A stretch of DNA of 32,000 nucleotides from Pseudoalteromonas translucida KMM 520. GTDB taxonomy: Bacteria; Pseudomonadota; Gammaproteobacteria; Enterobacterales; Alteromonadaceae. The position numbers and the translations under genes were made by a program. The stretch is taken from positions 1 through 32,000 of the forward strand of contig NZ_CP011034.1 of NCBI RefSeq assembly GCF_001465295.1. The letters are read 5' to 3'. This document shows positions 14,668 through 23,780 of this stretch, one piece after another (the first letter of the stretch is position 1; every line of letters starts with the position of its first letter). The notes under the pieces were generated by a model. The model searched no databases and was not told the DNA's origin. It saw nothing but the letters and a program-made list of their open reading frames with translations.

Positions 14668-16554
14668 ATGAAAAAATATTTATTAAATGCTATGGCAGCG
14701 GTTTTTATTTTCCCTCTTCACTGCGTTGAGGCAAACATCGATAACGATGCATTTTTAGACGCTGAAAAAAAAGTTCGCTATGGTGATTACCAAGATTTTA
14801 AAATGGCTATAAGTAATCTTGATCATCCATTAAAGCCTTATGTTGAAAAAGTATATTGGCAACGACATCCTGATATAAAACACCAAGCAGAAATAGAAGA
14901 TTACCTCACTATTTATCAGCATACGCCGCTAGAGTGGCCAGTGCGTAAAGCATGGTTAAGTTATTTAGAAAAACACAATAAAAAAGCAGCGTATATTCGC
15001 AATTACCGCGAAACCTCTGATACTGAACTGACTTGTACATATTTAGATTATCAACTTGATTTAGGTGCGCCAGAAAAAGCAATATTAAACCAAGTAACTG
15101 ATTTATGGACGGTAGGCAAGTCGCAACCTAAAGCGTGCGATGGGCTTTTTTCGTTATGGCGTAAAAAAGGCTATATGAGTAAAGAGGCTGTTTGGCAGCG
15201 GGTGACTATGGCGGCAGAAGGCGGTACACAAAGCCTATTACCTTATTTAAAAACATTACTACCCAGTAATGAAGGTTACTTAGCTGATTTATACTTAAAA
15301 GTACGCCGCGATCCAAGTGCTGCAGCCGGATTATATAGATACAAAAATAAGTCGGTTAAAGAAGGGCAAATTGCTCTTTATGGTGTAAAGCGTTTAATTT
15401 GGCGTGATAAAGAGCTTGCTTTAAAAGCATGGGAAAAGCTAGATCAAATGTTTACTTACAGCGATGCAGCTAAAGCTGATGTGTATTATACCTTTGCGCT
15501 GTCGCTTGCTTCTAGCGGACACAAACAAGCAAGCTTTTGGTTAAACAAAGTGCCAAAAGATCGCCAAGACAGCAAATTAATTCAGTGGCAACTCGGTAAC
15601 ATGCTTAAAACCCAAGACTGGGAGGGTATTGCAGCCTTTTTTACTGGTAAAGATAACTTAAGTCTTGGCCAGCAATACTGGTTAGCGTACAGCTACGCAA
15701 AACGTGGTGAGCAACAAAAAGCAGACGCTATTTGGAAAACAGTAGCAGCTAATCGCGATTACTATGGTTTTTTAGCCGCGGCGCGATTAGGGTTACCGGT
15801 TGATTTAAATAACCAGCCTTTAGCTGTCGATCAGGCGCTTGTTGATAAAGTAAAAAATGCCCCAGGCTATAAGCGTGCGAAAGCATTTTATGAACTTGAG
15901 CGCTTTACCTCGGCACGTCGCGAATGGAATTACCTAACAAATACCTCTAGTGACGAAGAAAAGTTAGCTGCTTCAATACTCTCCACAGAGCTGGGTTGGC
16001 ATGACAGCACTATTTTTACACTAGCAAAAATAAAAGCGTGGGATAACGTAGAACAGCGTTTTCCGTTTGCATTTCAAGATGTTTTTGAGCGCTACAGTAA
16101 GCGCAGTAAAATAGATATGGCATGGAGTATTGCTATTGCGCGCCGTGAAAGCTCATTTGCCCCCGATGCACGTTCATCAGCAAATGCGCGAGGATTAATG
16201 CAATTGTTGCCCAGTACTGCCGATTACGTAAATAAAGGCAGTGTGTCGAGCCGCCGCTTATATCAACCACAAACAAATATAAGGTTGGGTACGCGCTATT
16301 TGCAGTATTTAAAAAAGAAAAACCACGGCAATGAAATACTGGCAACGGCTTCATATAACGCAGGGTATCATCGTATTAAACGCTGGTTACCAGATGAAGC
16401 TATTCCTGCAGAGCTATGGATTGAATTGATCCCGTATAGAGAAACCCGCGATTACGTTAAAAACGTATTTGCCTACAGGCAGGTTTATCATACGCGTTTA
16501 CACCGCGAGGGAAATATACTGGCGCCGCTACTCGAAATGAAAATGGGCGGATAA
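14668..16554 (+). CDS. slt: Soluble lytic murein transglycosylase (Slt70-like)
   Basis: The 628-aa product has a signal peptide, a superhelical repeat region, and a C-terminal SLT catalytic domain (ARRESSFAPDARSSANARGLMQLLPSTA ... ASYNAGYHR). Confidence 0.93.
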   Translation: MKKYLLNAMAAVFIFPLHCVEANIDNDAFLDAEKKVRYGDYQDFKMAISNLDHPLKPYVEKVYWQRHPDIKHQAEIEDYLTIYQHTPLEWPVRKAWLSYLEKHNKKAAYIRNYRETSDTELTCTYLDYQLDLGAPEKAILNQVTDLWTVGKSQPKACDGLFSLWRKKGYMSKEAVWQRVTMAAEGGTQSLLPYLKTLLPSNEGYLADLYLKVRRDPSAAAGLYRYKNKSVKEGQIALYGVKRLIWRDKELALKAWEKLDQMFTYSDAAKADVYYTFALSLASSGHKQASFWLNKVPKDRQDSKLIQWQLGNMLKTQDWEGIAAFFTGKDNLSLGQQYWLAYSYAKRGEQQKADAIWKTVAANRDYYGFLAAARLGLPVDLNNQPLAVDQALVDKVKNAPGYKRAKAFYELERFTSARREWNYLTNTSSDEEKLAASILSTELGWHDSTIFTLAKIKAWDNVEQRFPFAFQDVFERYSKRSKIDMAWSIAIARRESSFAPDARSSANARGLMQLLPSTADYVNKGSVSSRRLYQPQTNIRLGTRYLQYLKKKNHGNEILATASYNAGYHRIKRWLPDEAIPAELWIELIPYRETRDYVKNVFAYRQVYHTRLHREGNILAPLLEMKMGG

Positions 16555-16638
16555 TTAATAAAGGCAGGGGGATATGCTAATAAGGTTAGATGTTCCCCTT
16601 ATTTTGAGCGCTTTGGGTATGGATTATGGGTGTGGTAG

Positions 16639-17997
<1,359 letters not shown>

Positions 17998-18027
17998 TTT
18001 CGCGTTAGACTCGTTGTATTATAAAGA

Positions 18028-18050
18028 GGGGCCTGTTGGCCCCATTTTTT
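18028..18050 (+). terminator. Rho-independent terminator after pepQ
   Basis: ggggcc (18028-18033) pairs with ggcccc (18038-18043) across the loop tgtt, followed by atttttt. Confidence 0.8.
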
Positions 18051-18075
18051 GGTTTATAACTTGGTTCATCAACGA

Positions 18076-18690
18076 ATGTCAGAATATAAATACCCAGCAG
18101 CAGATGTTTTTCATCAAGAAGAAATTAAAAAAAGCACCTTTATTGTGCATATTGCACATACCCCAGATTTAAGTTCAGCTAAAGCGTTTATAAAAAGTAT
18201 TGAAACTAAGTATGCCGATGCACGGCATAATTGTTGGGCTCACGTAGCGGGTAAACCAGGAGGAAGCCATGTGTATGGGTTTTCGGATGATGGTGAGCCA
18301 AATGGCACCGCCGGTAAACCTATGTTAAATGTGCTTATGGGTTCAGGGCTTGGTGAAGTTACTGCTGTGGTTACGCGTTATTTTGGTGGTATAAAGCTAG
18401 GTACAGGCGGTTTAGTGCGTGCTTATGGAGGCACATTAAATAATGCATTAGCTAACTTATCAACGATTAATAAAGTGCCAAGCATTGAGCTAATTGGTAG
18501 TAGTGAATACAGTATGCAAGGCGCTATTGAGCAACTATTAAAAACGAAGTATCAAGTGCTTAACATCGATAAGCAATTTACTGCTAATATTGAATGGGTT
18601 ATTACTATTGATAGCCGCCAAGCGACGCAAGCAATTAAAGATATTTTTGATTTAAGCCACGGCGCGGTTGAGTTAACCATTAAAGAGTAA
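18076..18690 (+). CDS. yigZ: IMPACT-family protein YigZ (UPF0029)
   Basis: The motifs HNCWAHV, DDGEPNGTAGKPML and VTRYFGGIKLGTGGLVRAYG are YigZ hallmarks. The ORF-track TTG 18049 lies inside the pepQ terminator T-run, so ATG 18076 (MSEYKYPA) is preferred. Confidence 0.9.
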   Translation: MSEYKYPAADVFHQEEIKKSTFIVHIAHTPDLSSAKAFIKSIETKYADARHNCWAHVAGKPGGSHVYGFSDDGEPNGTAGKPMLNVLMGSGLGEVTAVVTRYFGGIKLGTGGLVRAYGGTLNNALANLSTINKVPSIELIGSSEYSMQGAIEQLLKTKYQVLNIDKQFTANIEWVITIDSRQATQAIKDIFDLSHGAVELTIKE

Positions 18691-18739
18691 GACAATATCT
18701 TACTCGTTAAACTTACTAATAATAAAAGCGATACGCTAA

Positions 18740-20191
18740 ATGCAATTTCGTACCATTATAAAAATCCTTGGGCAACTTGTTGCACTATTTAGTATTACCA
18801 TGATGCCTCCGGCAATTGTGTCTTTAATTTATAAAGACGGTGGTGGTGTTCCTTTTGTTTTGGCTTTTATTTTTAGTGTCACTATTGGCTTAATGGCTTA
18901 TTACCCTAACCGCCACGAAGATGGCGATTTAAAAGCGCGGGAAGGGTTTTTAATTGTTGTGTTGTTTTGGTTGGTACTTGGCGCGTTTGCATCCTTACCG
19001 CTGATATTTTTACAAGAGCCAAACCTATCACTGGCTGATGCCGTATTTGAAGCGTTTTCGGGGTTAACCACCACCGGAGCAACGGTGCTAACCGGTATAG
19101 AGTACCTGCCTAAATCGGTGTTATTTTATCGCCAACAATTACAGTGGTTTGGCGGTATGGGGATCATTGTATTGGCGGTTGCTATTTTACCTATGCTAGG
19201 GGTCGGTGGTATGCAGCTATATCGCGCCGAAATACCAGGGCCGGTAAAAGATTCTAAAATGACCCCGCGAATTGCCGACACCGCAAAGCACCTTTGGTAT
19301 ATATATGTGTCAATTACGCTTGCGTGTACCTTAGCGTATTGGATTGCAGGCATGGATTGGTTTGACGCAATAAGCCATGCATTCTCAACGGTCGCCATTG
19401 GTGGGTTTTCTACTTATGATGCCTCTATGGGGCATTTCGATAGCCCCGTAATTAACTTTATTTGTGTGTTCTTTTTAATTATTGCAGCCATTAACTTTTC
19501 ACTGCATTACGCTGCGGTAGCAAGTAGAAATATCAGTGTTTATATTCGCGACCCTGAGTTTAAAGTGTTTTTATGTATTCAGTTAGCGCTGGTGGTTATT
19601 TGCTTTACCGTGCTTTCGTCTCATGAAGTGTATGCCAATGGCGATGAAACACTCGATCAAGCGTTATTTCATGCTGTTTCAATTAGTAGTACGGCTGGGT
19701 TTGCCACTGATAACTTTTCGGCTTGGCCATTATTTTTACCAATACTGCTTATATTTTCGAGCTTTATAGGTGGCTGTGCGGGCTCTACCGGTGGCGGTAT
19801 GAAGGTGGTGCGCGTATTCTTACTATACTTACAAGGCGTGCGAGAGCTTAATAGGCTAGTGCATCCTCGGGCTATATATTCTATTAAGTTAGGCAGCAAG
19901 GCGTTGCCAGATAAAGTAGTAGAAGCTGTATGGGGGTTTTTCTCAGCGTACGCATTGGTGTTTATAATTATTATGTTAGCGCTGATGGGAACCGGTATGG
20001 ATAACATTACAGCGTTTTCTGCTACTGCAGCGTGTTTAAATAACCTTGGCCCGGGCTTAGGAGATGTTGCATCGCACTATGGATCTATTAGTGATGGTGC
20101 TAAATGGTTGCTTACTATTGCTATGGTATTTGGCCGTTTAGAAATATTTACTTTATTAGTGCTGTTTACGCCTACATTTTGGCGCGGATAA
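18740..20191 (+). CDS. trkH: Trk system potassium uptake protein TrkH
   Basis: The 483-aa polytopic membrane protein has TrkH selectivity-filter-like repeats (GLTTTGATV, STAGF, GGCAGSTGGGMKV). Synteny is pepQ-yigZ-trkH. Confidence 0.95.
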   Translation: MQFRTIIKILGQLVALFSITMMPPAIVSLIYKDGGGVPFVLAFIFSVTIGLMAYYPNRHEDGDLKAREGFLIVVLFWLVLGAFASLPLIFLQEPNLSLADAVFEAFSGLTTTGATVLTGIEYLPKSVLFYRQQLQWFGGMGIIVLAVAILPMLGVGGMQLYRAEIPGPVKDSKMTPRIADTAKHLWYIYVSITLACTLAYWIAGMDWFDAISHAFSTVAIGGFSTYDASMGHFDSPVINFICVFFLIIAAINFSLHYAAVASRNISVYIRDPEFKVFLCIQLALVVICFTVLSSHEVYANGDETLDQALFHAVSISSTAGFATDNFSAWPLFLPILLIFSSFIGGCAGSTGGGMKVVRVFLLYLQGVRELNRLVHPRAIYSIKLGSKALPDKVVEAVWGFFSAYALVFIIIMLALMGTGMDNITAFSATAACLNNLGPGLGDVASHYGSISDGAKWLLTIAMVFGRLEIFTLLVLFTPTFWRG

Positions 20192-20230
20192 TTTAATTGT
20201 TAGTTTATAAAGAGTATTAGGGAAAAGGAT

Positions 20231-20911
20231 ATGCCAACAATGCCGACAACAAACTTAGAAAAGCTACACCAAATAATGCCTGGTGCCATGGTTGATCTTG
20301 AAATTTTAACACCAACGGCTAGCAAGCGTGTAAAAACAGAGTTTATAGGTTTACTCGAAAATCGATTTATTATTTTAAACTATCCGAGCTCAAAGCGCCT
20401 GCCTACAGCAAGCGACTACCTGCACGATGGGGAAATGGTGGTAGTAAGAGCATTAATAGAGGGGAGTGGTGGACAGGTCATCGCATTTCGTCAGCAAATA
20501 ATGTCTGTTGTATCTCATCCCGCACGATTACTTTTTATTAATTACCCAAAGCAAGTGCAGTTATTCGACTTACGCTCGCAAGCTCGTATACCTACCTTAT
20601 TATCGGCAAAGCTAAAGCTTAGTGATGACAGGATACTCGATGGGGTAATAAAAGATATTTCGCTAACCGGTATAAAGTTTGATCTTAAAGACAAAGCTTT
20701 GGCCGAAAACATTAAAGGGATGCAATGCTCAATCATCCTCGATAGCAGTAATAAGCAAGTTAAAGACTTTCAGGGAGAAATTTGTAGCGTGAAAGAACAC
20801 GCTCAAGGTGCTTACTGTGGAATAAAGCTATTAGCCAGCGAAGAAGAAATGAAAAGCTTTATGGGGGATCACTTTATTGACCCTTCAATACTCGAATCAG
20901 AAACCGAGTAA
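20231..20911 (+). CDS. PilZ-domain c-di-GMP receptor, YcgR-like (PilZN + PilZ)
   Basis: The 226-aa product has an RxxxR motif (RSQAR in FDLRSQARIP) followed ~30 aa later by DxSxxG (DISLTG). This is the bipartite c-di-GMP-binding signature of PilZ domains. The N-terminal half resembles the YcgR N domain. An AAGGA ribosome-binding site precedes the ATG. Confidence 0.8.
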   Translation: MPTMPTTNLEKLHQIMPGAMVDLEILTPTASKRVKTEFIGLLENRFIILNYPSSKRLPTASDYLHDGEMVVVRALIEGSGGQVIAFRQQIMSVVSHPARLLFINYPKQVQLFDLRSQARIPTLLSAKLKLSDDRILDGVIKDISLTGIKFDLKDKALAENIKGMQCSIILDSSNKQVKDFQGEICSVKEHAQGAYCGIKLLASEEEMKSFMGDHFIDPSILESETE

Positions 20912-20920
20912 CTGTACATT

Positions 20921-20951
20921 TCGCTATTTTGCAACAAAGTAGCGATTTATT
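20921..20951 (+). terminator. Rho-independent terminator after the PilZ gene
   Basis: tcgctattttg (20921-20931) pairs with caaagtagcga (20935-20945) as an 11-bp stem containing one G-U pair, with loop caa. tttatt follows. Confidence 0.6.
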
Positions 20952-20992
20952 AAATTTAATTTTAAATAACGCATGTCTGTGTTTATAAAAAT

Positions 20993-21046
20993 AAAATAAC
21001 CAATATAAAACAATTGCTTAGAGGAGTTGAAACTATTGGTTATTTT
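20993..21046. repeat. 13-bp AT-rich inverted repeat with a 28-nt spacer
   Basis: aaaataaccaata (20993-21005) is the reverse complement of tattggttatttt (21034-21046). It lies in the long non-coding leader of the EF-hand array. Confidence 0.6.
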
Positions 21047-21188
21047 CATATCAAAAATCATTCAGCTATAACCGAGTTGAATACCCCAGCTAAACAGTTT
21101 CCTTACAGTGTGAATTTATAATCTGTGGCGCTTTTTGCTTTTTGTAAGGTATTGAATTTGTTCGAACTTATTGTTTTGACTTAAAGTG

Positions 21189-21206
21189 TGTTGCAAAAAG
21201 GCAACA
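21189..21206. promoter_or_regulatory. Palindrome TGTTGC-N6-GCAACA (candidate activator site)
   Basis: The perfect 6-bp arms are 21189-21194 and 21201-21206, ~90 nt upstream of the sigma54-like element. This distance is typical of enhancer-binding-protein sites. The function is inferred only. Confidence 0.3.
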
Positions 21207-21280
21207 AAAACAGACAGTTAATTATCTCCTTTAAGTACATATCACCTTTAACTAATTGAAGTTATTGGTGTTTTAAATGT

Positions 21281-21296
21281 TGGCACCGAAGTTGTA
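21281..21296 (+). promoter_or_regulatory. Sigma54-like -24/-12 promoter element
   Basis: TGGCAC-cgaag-TTGTA matches the consensus TGGCAC-N5-TTGCW. The -24 half and the spacing are perfect, but the -12 GC is GT. It lies ~85 nt upstream of the first EF-hand gene ATG. Confidence 0.35.
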
Positions 21297-21379
21297 ATAG
21301 TTAAGCTGTATTGCATTAAACGTGATTTAAAGTGAAACACTTAATCGCAGTTAACATAAACTTTGAAGGAAGATTGATT

Positions 21380-21592
21380 ATGAAAACATTAAATAAAACG
21401 TTAGCACTTATCGCTCTAGCATCGTCATCAGCCGCTTTTGCAGCAAGTGATTTTGATACCCTTGATGTAGATGGTAATGGCGCAATTAGTCAAAGCGAAG
21501 CCGCTGTAGATGCAGAGTTAATGAGTATTTTCTCAGAGCTTGATACTGACCAAAACGGTGAGTTATCAAAAGAAGAATTTTCTAAAGCATAA
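21380..21592 (+). CDS. Secreted small EF-hand pair calcium-binding protein, paralog 1
   Basis: The 70-aa product has the signal peptide MKTLNKTLALIALASSSAAFA|A. It then has two canonical 12-residue EF loops (DVDGNGAISQSE, DTDQNGELSKEE). The ribosome-binding site GAAGGAAG is at 21365-21372. The ORF-track GTG 21332 start would bury the signal peptide. Confidence 0.85.
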   Translation: MKTLNKTLALIALASSSAAFAASDFDTLDVDGNGAISQSEAAVDAELMSIFSELDTDQNGELSKEEFSKA

Positions 21593-21742
21593 GAAAAATG
21601 CAAGGTTGATAAAATTCTGTGTTGCCAAAGACAACCTAAGTAAGCAAGGGAGCTTATGAAAAAGAATAACAAGGGAAGTATAAACCTTAGTATATCTAAT
21701 TTTTTTGATAAACCATTGAATAACATAGTAAAGGATTAAATT

Positions 21743-21955
21743 ATGAAACAGCTAAATAAAGCACTCGCACTTATCGCTCTAGCATCGTCATCTGCCACTT
21801 TTGCAGCAAGTGATTTTGATACCCTTGATGTAGATGGTAATGGCGCAATTAGCCAAAGTGAAGCGTCGGTAGATTCCGATTTAATCGCACAATTTGCAGA
21901 GTTAGATACAGATGGTAACGGTGAGCTTTCTAAAGCAGAGTTTGCTAACTACTAA
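21743..21955 (+). CDS. Secreted small EF-hand pair calcium-binding protein, paralog 2
   Basis: The 70-aa product has the signal peptide ending ATFA|A and the EF loops DVDGNGAISQSE and DTDGNGELSKAE. The ribosome-binding site AAGGA is at 21731-21735. Confidence 0.88.
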   Translation: MKQLNKALALIALASSSATFAASDFDTLDVDGNGAISQSEASVDSDLIAQFAELDTDGNGELSKAEFANY

Positions 21956-22025
21956 TTACTTTTTTTCGGTTATTTTTCACAGTCAGGGATTTCTGAGAAG
22001 GACCTCTCATTTTTAGGAGATTATT

Positions 22026-22241
22026 ATGAAAGTATTAAATACATCACTTGCGATTTTAGTTTTAGCGTCTTCAGCAGCAGCCTATGCAGCAGTGGATTTT
22101 GCTTCTTTTGATACCAACGGCGATGGTGTTATTTCACAGCAAGAAGCTGCGACAAATACACAGTTAGTAAAAATATTTGATCAGCTAGATACTGACGGAA
22201 ATGGCGAGCTTTCTAAAGAAGAGTTTGCCAAAGTACAATAA
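22026..22241 (+). CDS. Secreted small EF-hand pair calcium-binding protein, paralog 3
   Basis: The 71-aa product has the signal peptide ending AAYA|A and the EF loops DTNGDGVISQQE and DTDGNGELSKEE. An AGGAG ribosome-binding site precedes the ATG. Confidence 0.88.
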   Translation: MKVLNTSLAILVLASSAAAYAAVDFASFDTNGDGVISQQEAATNTQLVKIFDQLDTDGNGELSKEEFAKVQ

Positions 22242-22260
22242 AGCTTTAGTACCTTATATT

Positions 22261-22290
22261 AAAAAAGCAGCTTAACTAAGCTGCTTTTTT
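22261..22290. terminator. Bidirectional rho-independent terminator between the EF-hand array and trkA
   Basis: In aaaaaa-gcagct-taacta-agctgc-tttttt, the stem is 22267-22272 / 22279-22284. It is flanked by A6 and T6, so it can terminate both convergent units. Confidence 0.85.
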
Positions 22291-22316
22291 GTGTTTAAAG
22301 TAGCAACAATATGCTG

Positions 22317-23693
22317 CTATAAAAATATAGCGCTCACCTGAAATAGTTTTTCTACAATATTAATGTGCTTTTTATCAATTAAGAACATGATGACATGGTC
22401 GCCCGACATAATAATGGTATCGTCGTGGGCAATAAGCACGTCGTCGTTACGTACTACAGCGCCAATAGTAGTACCTGCTGGGAGTTTTATATCTCTTACA
22501 GTTCGGCCAACTACTTTAGATGTATTTTCATCACCATGGGCAACAGCTTCAATAGCTTCAGCTGCACCTTTGCGCAGTGAATATACGTTAACAATATCGC
22601 CGCGGCGAACATGAGTAAGTAATGCCGAAATAGTGGCTTCTTGTGGTGAAATTGCAATATCAATATCGCCGCCTTGTACTAAGTCAACGTATGCACTGCG
22701 TTGAATAAGTACCATGGTTTTTTGTGCGCCCATACGTTTTGCTAGCATGGCCGACATTATATTTACTTCATCATCGTTGGTTACCGCAATAAACACATCA
22801 ACCTGATCAATATGCTCTTCTGACAATAGCTCTTGGTCTGACGCATCTCCGCAAAAAACAATCGTGTTGTCGAGCATTTCAGAGAGTTGCTCGGCGCGCT
22901 CTTTGCTGCGCTCAATTAATTTTACACTGTGATTTTTTTCCAGTGAGCGCGCTAGGCCTGCACCTATATTACCGCCACCAGCAATCATAATGTTTTTATA
23001 TGAACGCTCTAACCTTTGGAGTTCGTTCATAACGGCGCGGATGTGTTTAGTGGCTGCTATAAAAAACACTTCATCATCGGCTTCAATAATTGTTGTGCCT
23101 AGAGGTTTTATTGCTTTTCCTTGGCGATAAATAGCGGCTACACGAGTTTCTACATTGGGAATATGCTGTTTAAGCGTAGATAGCGCATAACCTACTAATA
23201 AACCGCCATAGTAAGCTTTTACAGCAACCAAAGAGAGCATGCCATCGGCAAACTGCAGCACTTGCAATGCGCCTGGGTAGTCTATTAAGCGGCGAATGTA
23301 CTTAGTTACTAATGCCTCAGGAGCAATATAGTGATCGACCGGTAAGTCATCGTTATGAAACAGCTTTTCACGATACTTTAAATATTGCTCAGAACGAATT
23401 CGGGCTATTTTAGTCGGGGTATTAAAAATACTATACGCGACTTGGCAGGCAACCATGTTTACTTCATCTGAACTGGTTACCGCGATAATCATATCGGCGT
23501 CTTCCGCGCCGGCTCTGCGAAGTACATCTGGGTGAGCACCGTGACCAGCAACGCCTTGTAGGTCATACTTATCTTGAAGCTCGCGTAAGCGGTTGCCGTC
23601 AATATCAACGACCGTTATTTCGTTTTGTTCACCAACTAAATTTTCAGCTAGCGTGCCGCCTACTTGGCCAGCTCCGAGTATGATTATTTTCAT
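22317..23693 (-). CDS. trkA: Trk system potassium uptake protein TrkA (NAD-binding)
   Basis: The 458-aa product has two RCK/KTN NAD-binding repeats ([16 protein letters not shown] and [14 protein letters not shown]). Confidence 0.96.
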   Translation of the reverse strand: MKIIILGAGQVGGTLAENLVGEQNEITVVDIDGNRLRELQDKYDLQGVAGHGAHPDVLRRAGAEDADMIIAVTSSDEVNMVACQVAYSIFNTPTKIARIRSEQYLKYREKLFHNDDLPVDHYIAPEALVTKYIRRLIDYPGALQVLQFADGMLSLVAVKAYYGGLLVGYALSTLKQHIPNVETRVAAIYRQGKAIKPLGTTIIEADDEVFFIAATKHIRAVMNELQRLERSYKNIMIAGGGNIGAGLARSLEKNHSVKLIERSKERAEQLSEMLDNTIVFCGDASDQELLSEEHIDQVDVFIAVTNDDEVNIMSAMLAKRMGAQKTMVLIQRSAYVDLVQGGDIDIAISPQEATISALLTHVRRGDIVNVYSLRKGAAEAIEAVAHGDENTSKVVGRTVRDIKLPAGTTIGAVVRNDDVLIAHDDTIIMSGDHVIMFLIDKKHINIVEKLFQVSAIFL

Positions 23694-23730
23694 TATTTAC
23701 CAGTGTTATAAGTACCTATTGCTATGAAGT

Positions 23731-23762
23731 ATTAGCTATCTAAAATAAGATAGATAGCTAAT
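23731..23762. repeat. Perfect 11-bp palindromic hairpin between rsmB and trkA
   Basis: attagctatct (23731-23741) is the reverse complement of agatagctaat (23752-23762), with a 10-nt loop. No T-run follows on the transcribed (-) strand. Confidence 0.7.
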
Positions 23763-23780
23763 TGTTGTGTGCTGTATAGG

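Noticed and set aside
21490-21726. 78-aa minus-strand ORF with a hydrophobic stretch overlapping EF-hand gene 1 and the 1-2 spacer
   Set aside because: It overlaps ~100 nt of a well-supported gene in antisense and has no ribosome-binding site. The hydrophobic run arises from the AT-rich spacer (poly-F/L/I codons). Only ribosome profiling could rescue it.
21656-21739. 27-codon ORF (MKKNNKGSINLSISNFFDKPLNNIVKD) ending 3 nt before EF-hand gene 2, a possible leader peptide
   Set aside because: The GGGAG is only 3 nt from its ATG, which is poor spacing. The peptide is a low-complexity AT-rich translation, and no equivalent ORF precedes genes 1 or 3. It is kept only as a remote possibility.
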